A stretch of 64,000 nt of DNA from Marsupella aquatica (lineage: Eukaryota > Plantae > Marchantiophyta), in the NCBI GenBank assembly GCA_973895155.1, contig OZ316899.1, positions 13,209,934-13,273,933 of the forward strand, read 5' to 3'. Below are positions 36,316-48,843 of this stretch, one piece after another. A model generated the notes under the pieces. The model searched no databases. It was not told where the DNA came from and saw only the letters and a program-made list of their open reading frames with translations. The position numbers and the translations under genes were made by a program. The stretch's first letter is position 1, and the number at the start of each line of letters is the position of its first letter.

Positions 36316-38158
36316 AGTGGTATCAGAGCATGCTTGGGAGGTGACGAGGTTTTTTTGTGACGGTTTTTCTAGCGTTCATTGTTGATGCATGGTACATTCG
36401 GAGTTTCGTCGCATGAAACTTGAATGTGTGTGGCTGTGCGGATAGGTTAGTGAGAGGGCATTCTAACGATGGTTAGAACTCGCTGATCGGTATCCATGGT
36501 GCGGAGGAATTGAAGTTTGCGTCGTTTAGGGTTTTATTCGTGTTCAACGGCTTTTCGGGGGAGAGACCAGAGTTTGCATTTTTCAACGGTGTGAGATGTG
36601 CGGTATGGGAGGGATCGCACATTATAGCTCATGTTGAAGGTTGAAGCGAGCTGGTCGTTTTGGTAGTTGAGTTGCTCCCGAGTTGTGACCGAGTGTGTCG
36701 TGACGAGTGAAGGAGGCATTCAGGTTTTTTCACAAGCTATGGAGCTTGTTCGCATCTGAACCGGGTTTCTCCTCGTGACGTCCGTTCGGTGGAAGAAACA
36801 CTAAGTGCTATGGCTCAACAGTTTGATCACGGTGAGACTGTCATTTTGAGCCCAGGATTGGCACTTGACGCGAAGTGAAGGCGACGCGGTGGAATTTTTT
36901 TCTCTGTTGGAGCTGCAGACTGTGCCGGTGAAATTTGAAAACTTTTCCCGTCAGCAGCGTTCACTTTCCTCACTTGGAAACGACAGTGCTTTAGGTGTGT
37001 AACCGGCTTTTTTCTTTGAAAATGGCATTATTTTTTGGGGGTTACTTTAGTCAAATTTTCGTGTGTATACACACCCGGGCGCCCCGTACCCCTCCATTCG
37101 AATCCCTGACTCTTGCTTGTCGCGACCGGCTACGCAGTGCCGGCCGGCGAAGCAACCGGGCGATTTTTTGTGTTTACTTTGGGGGGGAAAGTTTTTGTGC
37201 CTTCCTCCCTTCGGCCGGCCCCGACGCCCTTTTGCGCCCTGCCTTAGGTTGCCAGCGCCTCGCTGCCACCGGCCTTAGGCGCCCGCCTGCCTCAACGCCT
37301 CGGCCTTCTTCTTTTGACCCTCCCGAGCCCCTGTTTACCAGCGTACGTAGCCGCCCTTGTACCCCCGGGCGTACCCCCCCGACCCGCGTCCTCCCCCTTT
37401 ACGCCCGGACCCTCTTGTACACGGCCCCATACGGGGTGTATTTTTTTTAAAGGGACTTAAGGGCCCCCTTTAGGCCCCATTTTAGCTTTTTTCTTCCCTC
37501 TTGTTCTCCTCGTTATCGGGACCTGCCGCCCTCCAATTTAACCATTTTGACAGGGGGAACGGCCCCTTGTGAGACCTGTCAGACTGTGCAAGAATATTCC
37601 CCCAAAATAGAGAGTTGTTTTTTGGCCGTCCGACAAAGATTTTGTCCGCCGAACGGTAACTTTTTTGGTTCTTTTTTGGTGAGGACGTTGCCACTGGAGT
37701 TAGCTACGCGGCGCACGGATCACATTGCGATTCCGATGATGGGTTGTATTGGGTATTTTGGTTATTCTCTGAGGTGGTCAAAACGGGGGAGTTTCCCAAG
37801 GTCTTACCCACCCTGACTGAAATTTGAATAACTTTTTTGTCGAATTTTGATTTCGATTTTGGCTTTCAGTATTGGACTCCTAGCTTCGTGGGCTACGCGG
37901 CGGTGTTGAGTTTTGAGTTTTGTGAGAAGTTTTGAAAAAAGATGTTTTGTTGTGATTGTTTCATATGAGTGACTCGGAGGATACTGGAAGAATTGGCGTC
38001 GGTGGAGCTTCAGGATCACGACGGTCAGACGGAGAGTCTGAGGAGGAGCTGCTACCGTTTGAGGAGGAACTTGTATCACCGGTACGATCATTGGTGCGGC
38101 ATGCAGTGGAGGAAGCTATACTACTACCAGAGCTATGGTAGTAGGGAAGAAGGCGGAG

Positions 38159-41100
38159 ATGGCTAGATTTGGAGGAGTGAAGTTTGAGGTGGAGATGTAC
38201 GATGGTCGTACTGATTACTTGCTATGGGAGAAGCAAGTGAAGGGTGTCCTTTGGGCCATGGGCTTAGCTCATCTGCTTTCTTCGCGAGAGCGGTATGATG
38301 GAGAGGAGGAGATTTCTGTGAGACAATGGAGACAGGAGCAGGTGATTGCTGTCAATGCAATGATGCTATATCTCAAGCCGCACATCATCAAGCAGCTGGA
38401 AGATTATGCAGATTGCGCGTCACTATTCAAGGCTCTTAGAGAGAAGTACTACCGGGAAGATGCGTCAGACCGGTTGTACAAGAAGTCTCTCTTGATGAGC
38501 CTCAGGCTCAAGGAAGGGAGCAAGCTGCAGGATCACCTAGATGAGTTTGACAGTCTAGCGGTGGATCTATCAAACCTGGGAAAAAGAGTTGAAGATAAGG
38601 ATAAGGCCTTGCTTCTGCTAAGCTCCTTACCACCGTCATATTAGGGCTTGAAACAGGTGCTCTTGTACAAAGATCTGAAGTCCATTTTATATAATGAGGT
38701 GGTGAGCTCTTTACTGTCTGATGATGCTCAGAAGAAGCTGGGTCAAATCACAGACAGCATCTTCTTCTGGCACTGCGCTCAATGTGAACAGGGGAAGAGC
38801 AACACAGGGCACAAATGGGCAGAACAGGTTTAGATTTATATCACGGGGCAGATCTAAATCCAAAGGGAAATTGCAAGAGAGGAAACCTCTTGCATGTTGG
38901 AATTGTGGCAAGCATGGCCACATGAAAAGGGATTGTCGAGTAAAGGTCCCTACTGCCTCTGCTAACGCGGCATCGAGCTCGCATGAGGTAGATTTACTCG
39001 ATGATGATGACATATTGTGATGTCAAGGTTATGCTCTCAACGTAGTGTCAAATCCAGGTAGTGATGACTGGATTATAGATAGTGCATGTACTTTTCACAT
39101 TTGCTCTAGGAGAGATTTTTTCAGTTCTTACACGGTTTCAAACGGGTCAGTGTTGATGGGAAATGGAATCCCATGTCAAGTTGTTGGACTTGCATCTGTA
39201 AGATTTTAGATGTTTGATGGTGCTACGAGAACATTAAGAAATGTGAGACATATTCCCAGCATGATGAAAAATCTTATTTCACTTGGAGTTTTAGAAACAA
39301 ATGGCCATCAGTAGAGTTATGCTAATGGTGTTCTTCAGGTTTCAACTGGTACTAAAGTTGTATTGAAGGAAAAGAGACATAGCAATCTATACGTTTTGGA
39401 GGGCAATGTAGTCTGTGATGAAGCCAATGTAACCTTATCTCATGAGGAGACGGCCCGGCTGTGGCACTTCTGTTTGGGTCACATGAGTGAAAAAGGTTTG
39501 GTTATTCTTCAGAAGAAAAGATTACTTTCTAATTTGCAATCTTGTAAGTTAGAATTTTGTGAGCACTGTGTGCTAGGGAAGCAGCATAGGAAACCCTTCG
39601 GAGTTGGAACTCACACCAGCAATGAGGTACTTGAGTATGTACATAGTGATGTGTGGGGTCCAGCCCCTACTCTCTCACATTCTAGACGGTTATACTATGT
39701 CACGTTTATTGACGATTACTCAAGGTATGTGTGGATATACTTTCTACACAATAAGTCTAACATTTTTGCCACTTTTAAGGAGTGGAAAGCCCAAGTTGAG
39801 AATCAGACTGGTAATAAGGTGAGATATTTTCGATCGGATAATGGCGGTGAATACAGTTCTGGTGAATTTGGAACGTATTGTAAGGAGCAGGGGATTACCC
39901 GCCATCTCACAAGTTATACTCCTCAGCAGAGTGGTGTTTCTGAGAGACTCAACCGAACACTATTGGACCGTTCTAGGAGTATGTTGAGTCAATCATGCTT
40001 ACCACATGAGTTTTGGGCTGAAGCTGTCAACACTGCAGCTTATTTGGTAAATTTTTCTCCATCCAGTTCTATTGGATTCAAGACGCCATATGAAATGAGG
40101 TACAGGCGTCCAGCAGATTACTCACATCTGAGGATTTTTGAATGTGATACTTATGTGCTTACACCTTCCCAGCTTTGATCCAAGCTGGAGTCCAAGTCAA
40201 AGAAGTGCATTTTCCTTGGCTATCAGAAAGGTGTGAAGGGTTATAGGTTATAGGATCCAGTAACCTGTAAACTAATTGTCAGTAGAGATGTGTCATTTAA
40301 TGAATCCAGATCATCAAAGGAGGGGGAGAGTTCTCAAGACTCCCATACTGACAAGGGGAAATCTCCCATCTCGGGTTGAGGGGGAGATTAGTCATGATGC
40401 AGTTCATGACAGGAGAGATGGAGAAGCTCCGGGCTTGGAGCTGGTTCTTGTGATGGAACAAGAGGAGCAGATTGTTGTTGGGGTACCTCAAATTTAACCA
40501 GCAGCAGCAACTGATCAGCCTGAGTCATCTACTAGAAGAACTTCCAGTCGTTCTACTAGAGCTCCTACCAAGTATGGTCAATGGGCAGACTCATCTAAGC
40601 TAGATGATATTGACATTGCACCTGATGATGATGACATGGCTTTGATCTTGGAAGAAGGAGAGTCTTTTTCGTATAGTGAGGCTTGTGCTTCAGAGCAGAA
40701 GCATGAGTGGAATGCAACAATGTAGAGGGAGTTGCAATCTTTGAGTGACAACAAGACATGGGAGCTGGTGGAGCTTCCAAGAGGTCAACAAGTGATGGAC
40801 AACAAGTGAATTTACAAGTTGAAGGACAGTCCTTCAGAGGGTGGAGATAAGATCTACAAGGCAAGGCTTGTTGCCAAGGGGTTCACTCAGGAGAAAGGAG
40901 TGGACTACAATGAGGTCTTTTCATTGGGGGCTAAGTATTCCATAATTCGGATCTTGTGTCAGCTTGTTGTGTTTTTTGGTCTGGTGATGGATCAGATGGA
41001 TGTTGTTACTGCTTTTCTCTATGGCAACTTGGAAGAGTTGATCTTCATGAGACAGCCACTAGGCTTTATGAAGAAGGGCCAAGAGAACTTAGTTTGCAGA

Positions 41101-42211
41101 TTGCTCAAGTCCTTGTATGGATTGAAGCAGTCTCCCAGACAGTGGAACAAGCGGTTTGATGATTTCATGTTTGCTCAAGGTTTTACAAGGATGGTGTTTG
41201 ATCCTTGTGTGTATACAAAATCAGTCAAGAATGATGTATATGATTTCATCATTCTGGTGATCTATGTGGATGACATGCTAATTGTGGCTAAAGATCAATT
41301 TGAGGTTGACAGTCTCAAGGCAAAATTGAGTGTTGAATTCAGGATGAAGGATCTTAGGGATGGAGATTTTTAGGAACTCTGAAACTGGACAGTTGTGCTT
41401 GAGTCAAGGCCAGTATGCAAGGAAAGTACTTGCACGATTCAACATGGAAAACTATAAGCTAGTGAGTATTCCTTTAGCTTCACATTTCAAGTTATCATCG
41501 GCTTTCTCTCTTACGGATGCTGTGGAGAAAGGTCTGATAGCTAAGATTCCTTATGAGAAGACAGTAGGTAGTCTGATGTATTTGATGACTTGTACTAGGC
41601 CTGACTTGGCCCTAGCGATAGGCAAGGTTAGCAAATTCATGTCAAATCCAGGGAAGGTACACTGGGAAGCTGTGAAATGGATTCTCGGGTATGTGAAGGG
41701 AACACACGACTATGGATTACTATTTGATAACATATCAGATAGAACGTTAGTTGGCTATGTAGATTCTGACTATGGAGGCTGTATGGATACAAGGAGGTCT
41801 ACAACTGGGTTTGTATACACTCTTGGAGGAGGATGTATCAGTTGGAAATCTACCTTGCAGAAGTGCATTTCTCAGTCTACTACAGAAGCAGAGTATGTTG
41901 CAGCAGCAAAAGCAGCAAAGGAAGCAATTTGGTTGGATAAGTTGATTGCGGAGATGGGTTTAGAGCATGGCAAAATGACTCTAAACTGTGATAGTCAAAG
42001 TGTTCTTCACTTGGTTGCTAACTAGGTGATGGATAGCAGGGTGAAGCACATTGATATCAGGTACCATTTTATCAGGCAAGCAGTGTCTGATAAAACTTTT
42101 GAGCTAGTCAAGATTGATGGAAAGCTCAATCCCGCTGATGCCTTTACCAAAGTGATTCCTTTGGAGAGTTTCTCAAGACATCGTGCTATTTTGCAGGTTT
42201 TGCAATTATAG
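38159..42211 (+). pseudogene. gag-pol: copia gag-pol, disrupted
   Basis: KFEVEMYDGRTDYLLW, CWNCGKHGHMKRDC, WIIDSACTFH, LEYVHSDVWGP, KARLVAKGF, IYVDDML, GYVDSDY, KHIDIRYHF. Confidence 0.95.
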
Positions 42212-42418
42212 TGCAAGTAGAGTTATTTAGCAATGTGTGACTATTTGTATATGGATTACTCATTCCTATTTGGCTACGGCTTAGTTCTAGTTAACCCTTA
42301 GTTAACCCTTGTGGTTTTTAGGGGGAGACCTGGTTTGGTGATTGTCTAGAACTTCCCACTGAGGATTCCATATGGTAGCATTTAGTCCAGTCCTGAAGAC
42401 AAGAGTCAAGGGGGAGTT

Positions 42419-42756
42419 TGTTAGATATTGCTCTAGTCTTGTGACTCATGAGCTAACTACAGTTAGGTTAACTTGGGTTGGGACTTAGCTAATGTTAGCG
42501 GTAGTGCTATTGTGTATATAGCCACGGCTGATGCCAGACCCTACTTAGGCTCATTGTTACGGAGCTAGTTGAGAGATAGGGAGAGCTTGTGCTATGGATG
42601 CTTGGTATGGTCGGTCGGTCTAGAGTGCAGTAAAGCTCTTGTGTGTTCCCGTGGATGTAGTCTCATGTGGAGGTGAACCACGTATCTCTCTGTGTCAACT
42701 ATTGTGCGTTGGATGGTTCATAGGCTTGTCGTTACAAATGTCGTTTATGCTCAACA
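42419..42756 (+). repeat. copia 3' LTR
   Basis: Direct repeat of 35972-36315, following the PPT. Confidence 0.95.
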
Positions 42757-42761
42757 ACATT

Positions 42762-45700
42762 TCCCTTTGCGGCGTGATCCAGTGATTTTCCAACTTACAT
42801 GACTCAAAGGCCACAGGACGCCCATCTTGGTGAAGACAGGCGCCAATGGCATAATCACTTGCGTTTGTCCAAATCTCGAACGGCTTCCCCATCTCAGGTA
42901 ACTTTAGAACCGGCGGCGTTATCATTAACCTCTTAAGTTCTAGGAATGCTAACTCGCAATCCTATGTCCACACAAACACTTTGTTTTTCAACGTTAGCGC
43001 GTTTAGGGGCCTTGCGATCCTCGCATAGTCTTTCATGTATCTCCGGTAGAACCCCGTAAATCCTAAGAAGGCTCTAACTTGCCTTACATTGGACGGGCGC
43101 TCCCATTCTTTGATCTCCTTAAGCTTGTCGTGACTAGGCGTAATCCCTTCCGGGGTAAAGGTATGGCCGAGGAACTGAATCTCGTTCATCGCAAACTTGC
43201 ACTTGCTAGGTTTAGCAAAGAAACGAGCCTTACAAAGGCGAGAGAACACTTCTCTGAGCAACTGCTCATGTTCCTCCAACGTTTTCGAGTAGATTAGGAT
43301 GTCGTCAATAAAGACGACCACTCCTTGGTCCAACAAGTCATGAAATATGGTATTCATCATCTTCATGAACATTGCAGTTGCATTACACAACCCGAATGGC
43401 ATAACCAAAAACTCATAGGATCCGAACCTTGTGCGCATCGCGGTCTTATACTTGTCTCCCTTAGCCATGCGGATCTGGTAATACCCAGACCGCAAGTCCA
43501 CCTTTGAAAACTTCTTAGCCCCGGAGAGGCAATCAAAGAGGACATCCATATGAGGTAACGGGTACTTGTTCTTTACCGTCTGCTTATTGAGGGGGCCTGG
43601 TAATCTGCGCACAATCTCAAAGTACCATCCTTTTTTGACACAAACAGCGCGGGCGCCCCGTAAGGACTCTTACTAGGGCGAATGAACCCTTGGTCAATCA
43701 ACTCTTCCAAGGCGTTCTTCAACATCATTCGCTCATTCAGGTTCAGACGATAAGGAGCTTTAGTCTGAGGAGCCAATCTTGGCTCCAACTCAACTTGGTG
43801 ATCCACTTCTCTCATTGGGGGTAAACCTTTAGGTAGCTTTTGCAAAAGCACGTTGTTGAATTCCTCTAAAATTTCAGGAATTCGACCGCAGTCGGGCTTG
43901 ACCTTAGCTGACTTGACCTTTGGCTGCGACGCAGCCTCCTTAGTTGGGTGGAGATGAAAGAAGAAACATTCATGTCCACCCTTGAAGTCTTTCCACCCTT
44001 GAAGTCTTTCCACCGTTGCTTCACCGATACAGACGGAGACATCCACGACACTTTACTTACTTTAAGACATCTTTCTTTATTTTCGGTAATTTCGTGTACA
44101 ACGATGGGCTCACCGCCCTTATTGGGAAAATGGAGCACTTCACCCCCCGGTTTCAAGGTAACATTGTGCTTTCTGAGATAACCTACCGACAAAATGAAGT
44201 CTACGGCTAGACCGTCTAGAACGTAGAACATCTCTTGACTAACAAAATTTTGTTGTTTGCCTATGACCTCTACCCAAAGTCTATGCACTACTCTCGACAC
44301 TATCCCCTTCGTGTCGTTGGCGAACTTGCACACTAACGGTTGTAGCAACTCTTGCACGTCCACCCCAAGACTAGCTGCCGCCTGCCCTCTTATGAAGTAG
44401 GCGGTCGCGCCTGTATCCACCAAAGCAACACCCAGATTACCGTTAGAAGTGACATTCACAAAAATCAGTTTTCAGGATCCATTGTCTTAACTTTAGTATC
44501 TTCTCTTGCAACAACACCCTCTCTCCGTCAGGGACATCCCCTATAGGGACCTTGTCAGCTACTAAGGGTTTGGTTAGAGCGATACTTACCTTAATGCTCT
44601 TCTGCCCTCCACCATCTCCGTTTGGCTTGCCACCTTTTGTGGGACAATCCTTACTTTGATGGCCCATGGCACCACATGTGAAGCACAAACCTTCAGCCCG
44701 CCTCTGCTCCATGGTCGCCTGCTTCTTTGCTTTCTGTGCCGATGAGGCTCCTTTCTCAAAGTTGCCGGCCTTCTGGTTTCGCTTAGCTTCTCCATTCTGG
44801 GGTTGGGGATCCAAACCACCGGCCCCCGCCCCCTCAGATTGCTTACGCTTATTCCCGGGACCTTTTGCTTTCCTAGCTTCCCCCTCGAATCCCTTGCCAC
44901 CCACCTTCGCCAAGTCCGGTTGGTTATTCACCAACGTAGTGGCCTTGTCGAACGCATCAGAAAGCGTTTTGAACTCATGACACTTTTCCTGCAACTTTTC
45001 CCTGAGCAACGGCGGGAGCTTTACGATAAAGTTGTGAAGCTATGTATGTAGGGTCTCTTGTCCCGTCGGGATACACGCCAACTGATTTTGGTAATAATTG
45101 ATGAACTTTTGGATATCACCCCTGAAGCTCATCTCCATTACACATTTCTGGGCGTGCCGCTCCGGGTACTTAGTGGTGACATGAGCACAGAGACCCTCAA
45201 CCAGGTTTTCCCAAGTTAATAGCAAGGAGGAGTCCTCTCACGACTTCTTCCATGACTTGTATCAAGTCAAGGCATAGTCCTTCAGGTAAGGAGCGGTTGC
45301 GGTAGCCCAAGTGGAACGCTCAACGCACGCTCGGAGATGAATCTCCATCGTGGAGAGCCAACTCAAGAACTTTTGTCCACTTTGTTCGTAGGCCCCTTCG
45401 TAAGTTGGAGGAGTTGGTAGCTGGTTCACTTGGAACATACTCCGTCCAACTACCATTCCCCCCTCGGGATGCGACGCACTCCGACTACCCAGACTAAGTA
45501 AGTACTTAATCTGGGCCCCCTTGTTGTGTTCCAACTGCTCATAGATGAGTTGTTGGTCTTGAGTCAAAAGACCCAGACTGTCGTCAGTGGCCGGGCCCTT
45601 GCGGGTTGTATGAGGACGGTCCTCCAACCGTCTTTCCTTTGCGGGCCGCCTGTCCTTAGGTTCTTTTGTGAATTTTGGTGATACCCCCCGTGTCTTGCGA

Positions 45701-46146
45701 GCACCATGACCTCCCGGGACTGAGGTATCACCCGTGTCATCCTGGTTTTGCTTGGTCAAATTATCCATGATGACGTCTGGCTTGACATCATCCTTTGGTT
45801 CCGCATTCAACCCTCTCAAGGCTGGGATCAGTTCCTCCTCTGGATCTTGACCCTCTTCCTCTATTTTGGCTTCAACCTTGTCGTCGCTTCCTTCTGCGTC
45901 GGAGTTGTTGTCATCCGACCCATCCTCTAAAGGATCAACCACCTCCTTCCCTTTAAGTTGATGGTGCTCTGCACTTGACGTGTTTGCCGTAGCGGTCGAC
46001 GGTTCGGCCGTTGCGTCTTCTTCGTCCTGCTTATAACGTTTGTCTAGGGAAGTTGACCCGTCCTCCTTCTGTTCATCTTGGACTTGGGCTCTCCCCTTGG
46101 TGGGGGGAGCCTGTTTGCCACTCTTTGATCGAGTGTTTTTAGCCAT
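42762..46146 (-). pseudogene. gag-pol: Chromovirus gag-pol 5' part (Gag with CCHC, protease, RT, RNase H start), disrupted
   Basis: MAKNTRSK start; CFTCGAMGHQSKDC; ALVDTGAT; PSKSPYGAPALFV; VMPFGLCNA; VFIDDILIYS; FEIWTNASDYAIGACL. Confidence 0.93.
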
Positions 46147-46290
46147 GTTCCCAGCGACCAAATCTGCCCGCAGTCGACCCACCGGGCACGTTGAAGCACT
46201 AAGTCCCCGCAAAAATCCGCTAAGATTTTGGATTCCAACTTAACACAACCTCGGCCCAGTGTCTATGCCAGCAATCGCTCTGATACCACA

Positions 46291-46511
46291 AGTGGTGGAC
46301 CTCGCCACCCAACGCCCTCACCAATCCCAGCACTCGCGCCTAAGTGCCCCTTGGTGTCTGAACGCCTCCACGGAATACCTCGAGCAAGCACCCAAGTGCC
46401 TCTTGCACCACCAGCGGCCCCTCCCATATGAAGCTGCACTTGCTCACCTACACGACCGCCACTCAACGATCCTCACTGTCTGCACAAGCAACCAAGCACC
46501 TCGGTAGGTAA
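46291..46511 (-). repeat. Chromovirus 5' LTR, PBS-proximal 220 bp only
   Basis: About 93% identical by eye to 26252-26471; ends ...CCACCACT followed by TG-TGGTATCAGAGC; homology breaks abruptly at ~46511. Confidence 0.88.
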
Positions 46512-46920
46512 ATTCAAAGCGAGGGCCCGCAAGCAAGAACTTCACACACCGCCTTCTGAAAAGATTGAGAAGGCCAAAGGAGAGGCCAAGAAGCAAAGAT
46601 CAATTAGATTCTCACATGGTGCTTTGTCTGATGTAGGCAGTGCGGAGGGTATTGCGCTGGACAAGAGACTGCTACTCACCCTTCCTGGCAGGAGTGATAG
46701 TGATGCGCTGGTCCAGGGGAATGCTCCTTTTGGTGGTGGAGTGGTGAATCTAGCCTCCCCCATGCGTGTCTCTCCTGCAGGCTCTATAAATGGATATATG
46801 AGTGGACCTATGGGCCGGGATGTGACGGGGATGTCCCTAGGGGGACGTCATAGATTATGAGACGCAAGGAAGGGTGGTGGTTGTGCCAGGATTTAAATTT
46901 ATATTTGGCATAGCAGGAGG

Positions 46921-48843
46921 ATGGATGGAAGGCTTAGAGTAGCATCTTGGAACATTTGTGGACTTTGCAAGCCCAACCGTAAGCATATTGTTAAGAATTG
47001 GGTAAGATCTCTGAAGGTACCTCTAGGGATTCTGGCCCCACAAGAAGTTAAAACTGATCAATTTAGACTTGATATGGCTCTACGGGCTATTCTCCCTGCA
47101 TATCAGCACTTTTCTTCTGAGCCAGACAAGGGAAGGGGAGGAACGGCTCTTCTGGTACACCCAGAACTGAGGGTGGTGGGCTCGGGAACACTGGATATGG
47201 GAAGGGCAGTATGGGCGGTGGTAGAGAAGGGAACGGTGACATTCGGAATTGCATGTATATATGCTCCCAATTCAGCTAGACTAAGGGCTCTACTATGGAA
47301 TGATCTTAAGGTGATGCTGCCACACAACGACTGGGTGTTGTGTGGCGACTTCAATATGACAGAACGCAGAACGGACTCAACAGGTACATCGCCGCTGATC
47401 CGAGGTAGAGAGGCTGAGTTTTGGAGATTTTTGAGGATGAGATTCAATTTGACAGACGCGTGGGACATTAGGGGAGGTGCTGTAGGCCCGCGCTTCACGT
47501 GGAGGAGGAATCAAAATGGAGCGATGTCACAGTCTCGACTTGACAGGATTTACGTTAGTGAAAGGGGAGAATGGCTTCAAGAGGTGGAACTCTTACATGA
47601 CGGGGGCTCTGCCCTCTCGGATCATGATCCAGTAATGCTGAATGTGCGGCTCTTTGGACTGACAGAGACGGTGGAGAGAGGCAAAGTGAGATTGTTCATG
47701 GCCAACCCGACGTTTCTGCGAAGAAGGGAGGACATTCTGCGGTTGGAAGCTGCTTGGAGGGTGGGACGGGGAGATTTTGTGGACCCACGGCTGCGCTTTG
47801 CTAAGGGCAGCTGGAAAATGCGTCAAACACTAAAGGAGATACAAGCCCAACCAAGGACGACTGAGATGGAGATGGCTGCGCAGCAAGCTCAGCAGCGTGT
47901 ACTCAAGATGGCCATTGTAGAGCACCATTCAGAGGGAGACATTGCAGAGTTCATGGACGTGGAGGCCTCTGAGATGGAGATGGCTGCGCAGTGAGCTCAA
48001 CTGCATGTACTTAAGATGGCCATTATAGAGCACCATTCAGAGGGAGACATTGCAGAGTTCATGGACGCGGAGGACACTCTACATGCCTCTGAGCTGGAGG
48101 AAGCACACAGAGGAAGACGGCTAGCTAGAATTAAGTGGCTAAGTGAAGGAGACAAATCAACAAAGTTTTTCTTTGCCACAGTGAAGGCTAAACGATCTTG
48201 TGAGTCTATGCCTTCATTGAGTAGGGAGGACGGGAGTACAGTATCTGACCCTGGGGGAATCCTGAAGGAGGTGGAAAGGTTCTGCCAAACATTATACTCG
48301 CCTGAGTTGCAATTGGAGGCGGAGTTGGCAGAGGTACGTGTGGCCATGGACAGACTGCTTGGCAACACGCGGTTTGCGCTCTCGGGAGCGGAGATTTTGA
48401 GGATGGAGAGCCTCCCGTCATACCAGGAGGTGAAGGAGGTGCTGTGGCTCCTGCCTTGCGACAAAACACCAGGACCTGATGGCATGACGGCTGAGGTCTA
48501 CAGAGCATGCTGGGAGTTTCTCGGGCAAGATCTGGTGGATATGATACAGGAGTTTTGGCTTACATGTGCTCTGGACGCTGGCATCTGTGAAGGGATTGTG
48601 AAGTTCATACCCAAGAAACCTGACAAAAGATTCTTAAGGGACTGGCACCCCTTGACAATGTTAAATACAATTTACAAGCTCATTGCCAAGATCCTCGCTA
48701 TTTGGCTCAAACCGATTCTACACATGATTATCAGCCCACAACAGACTGGATTTATACCTGGAAGACACATTCTTGAAAATATTTCCCTTGCCTGGCTTAC
48801 CTGCAACTGGGTCCATAACAAAAGGAGAGAGACATTGTTCCTT
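46921..48843 (+). pseudogene. LINE ORF2 5' part (AP endonuclease and start of RT)
   Basis: VASWNICGL, QEVK, IYAPN, LCGDFN, SRLDRIY, SDHDPV, EGDKSTKFF, KTPGPDG, QTGFIPGRHI. Confidence 0.93.
47861..48066 (+). repeat. In-frame tandem duplication (108-bp period) in LINE ORF2
   Basis: CTGAGATGGAGATGGCTGCGCAG...GAGTTCATGGACG starts at both 47861 and 47969. Confidence 0.85.

Larger units (their letters stand above)
35972..42756 (+). mobile_element. Full-length Ty1/copia (Tnt1/Tork-like) inserted in the chromovirus RNase H, TSD ACATT
   Basis: TG...CA LTRs at 35972-36315 and 42419-42756; ACATT at 35967-35971 and 42757-42761; PBS TGGTATCAGAGC at 36318-36329; PPT AAGGGGGAG. Confidence 0.96.
26252..46511 (-). 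mobile_element. Ty3/gypsy chromovirus with AGT...ACT LTR termini; hosts Harbinger and copia insertions; 5' LTR truncated at ~46511
   Basis: tRNA-Met PBS at 46277-46288, gag-PR-RT-RH-INT-chromodomain, PPT at 33788-33801; 46291-46511 matches 26252-26471. Confidence 0.9.
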
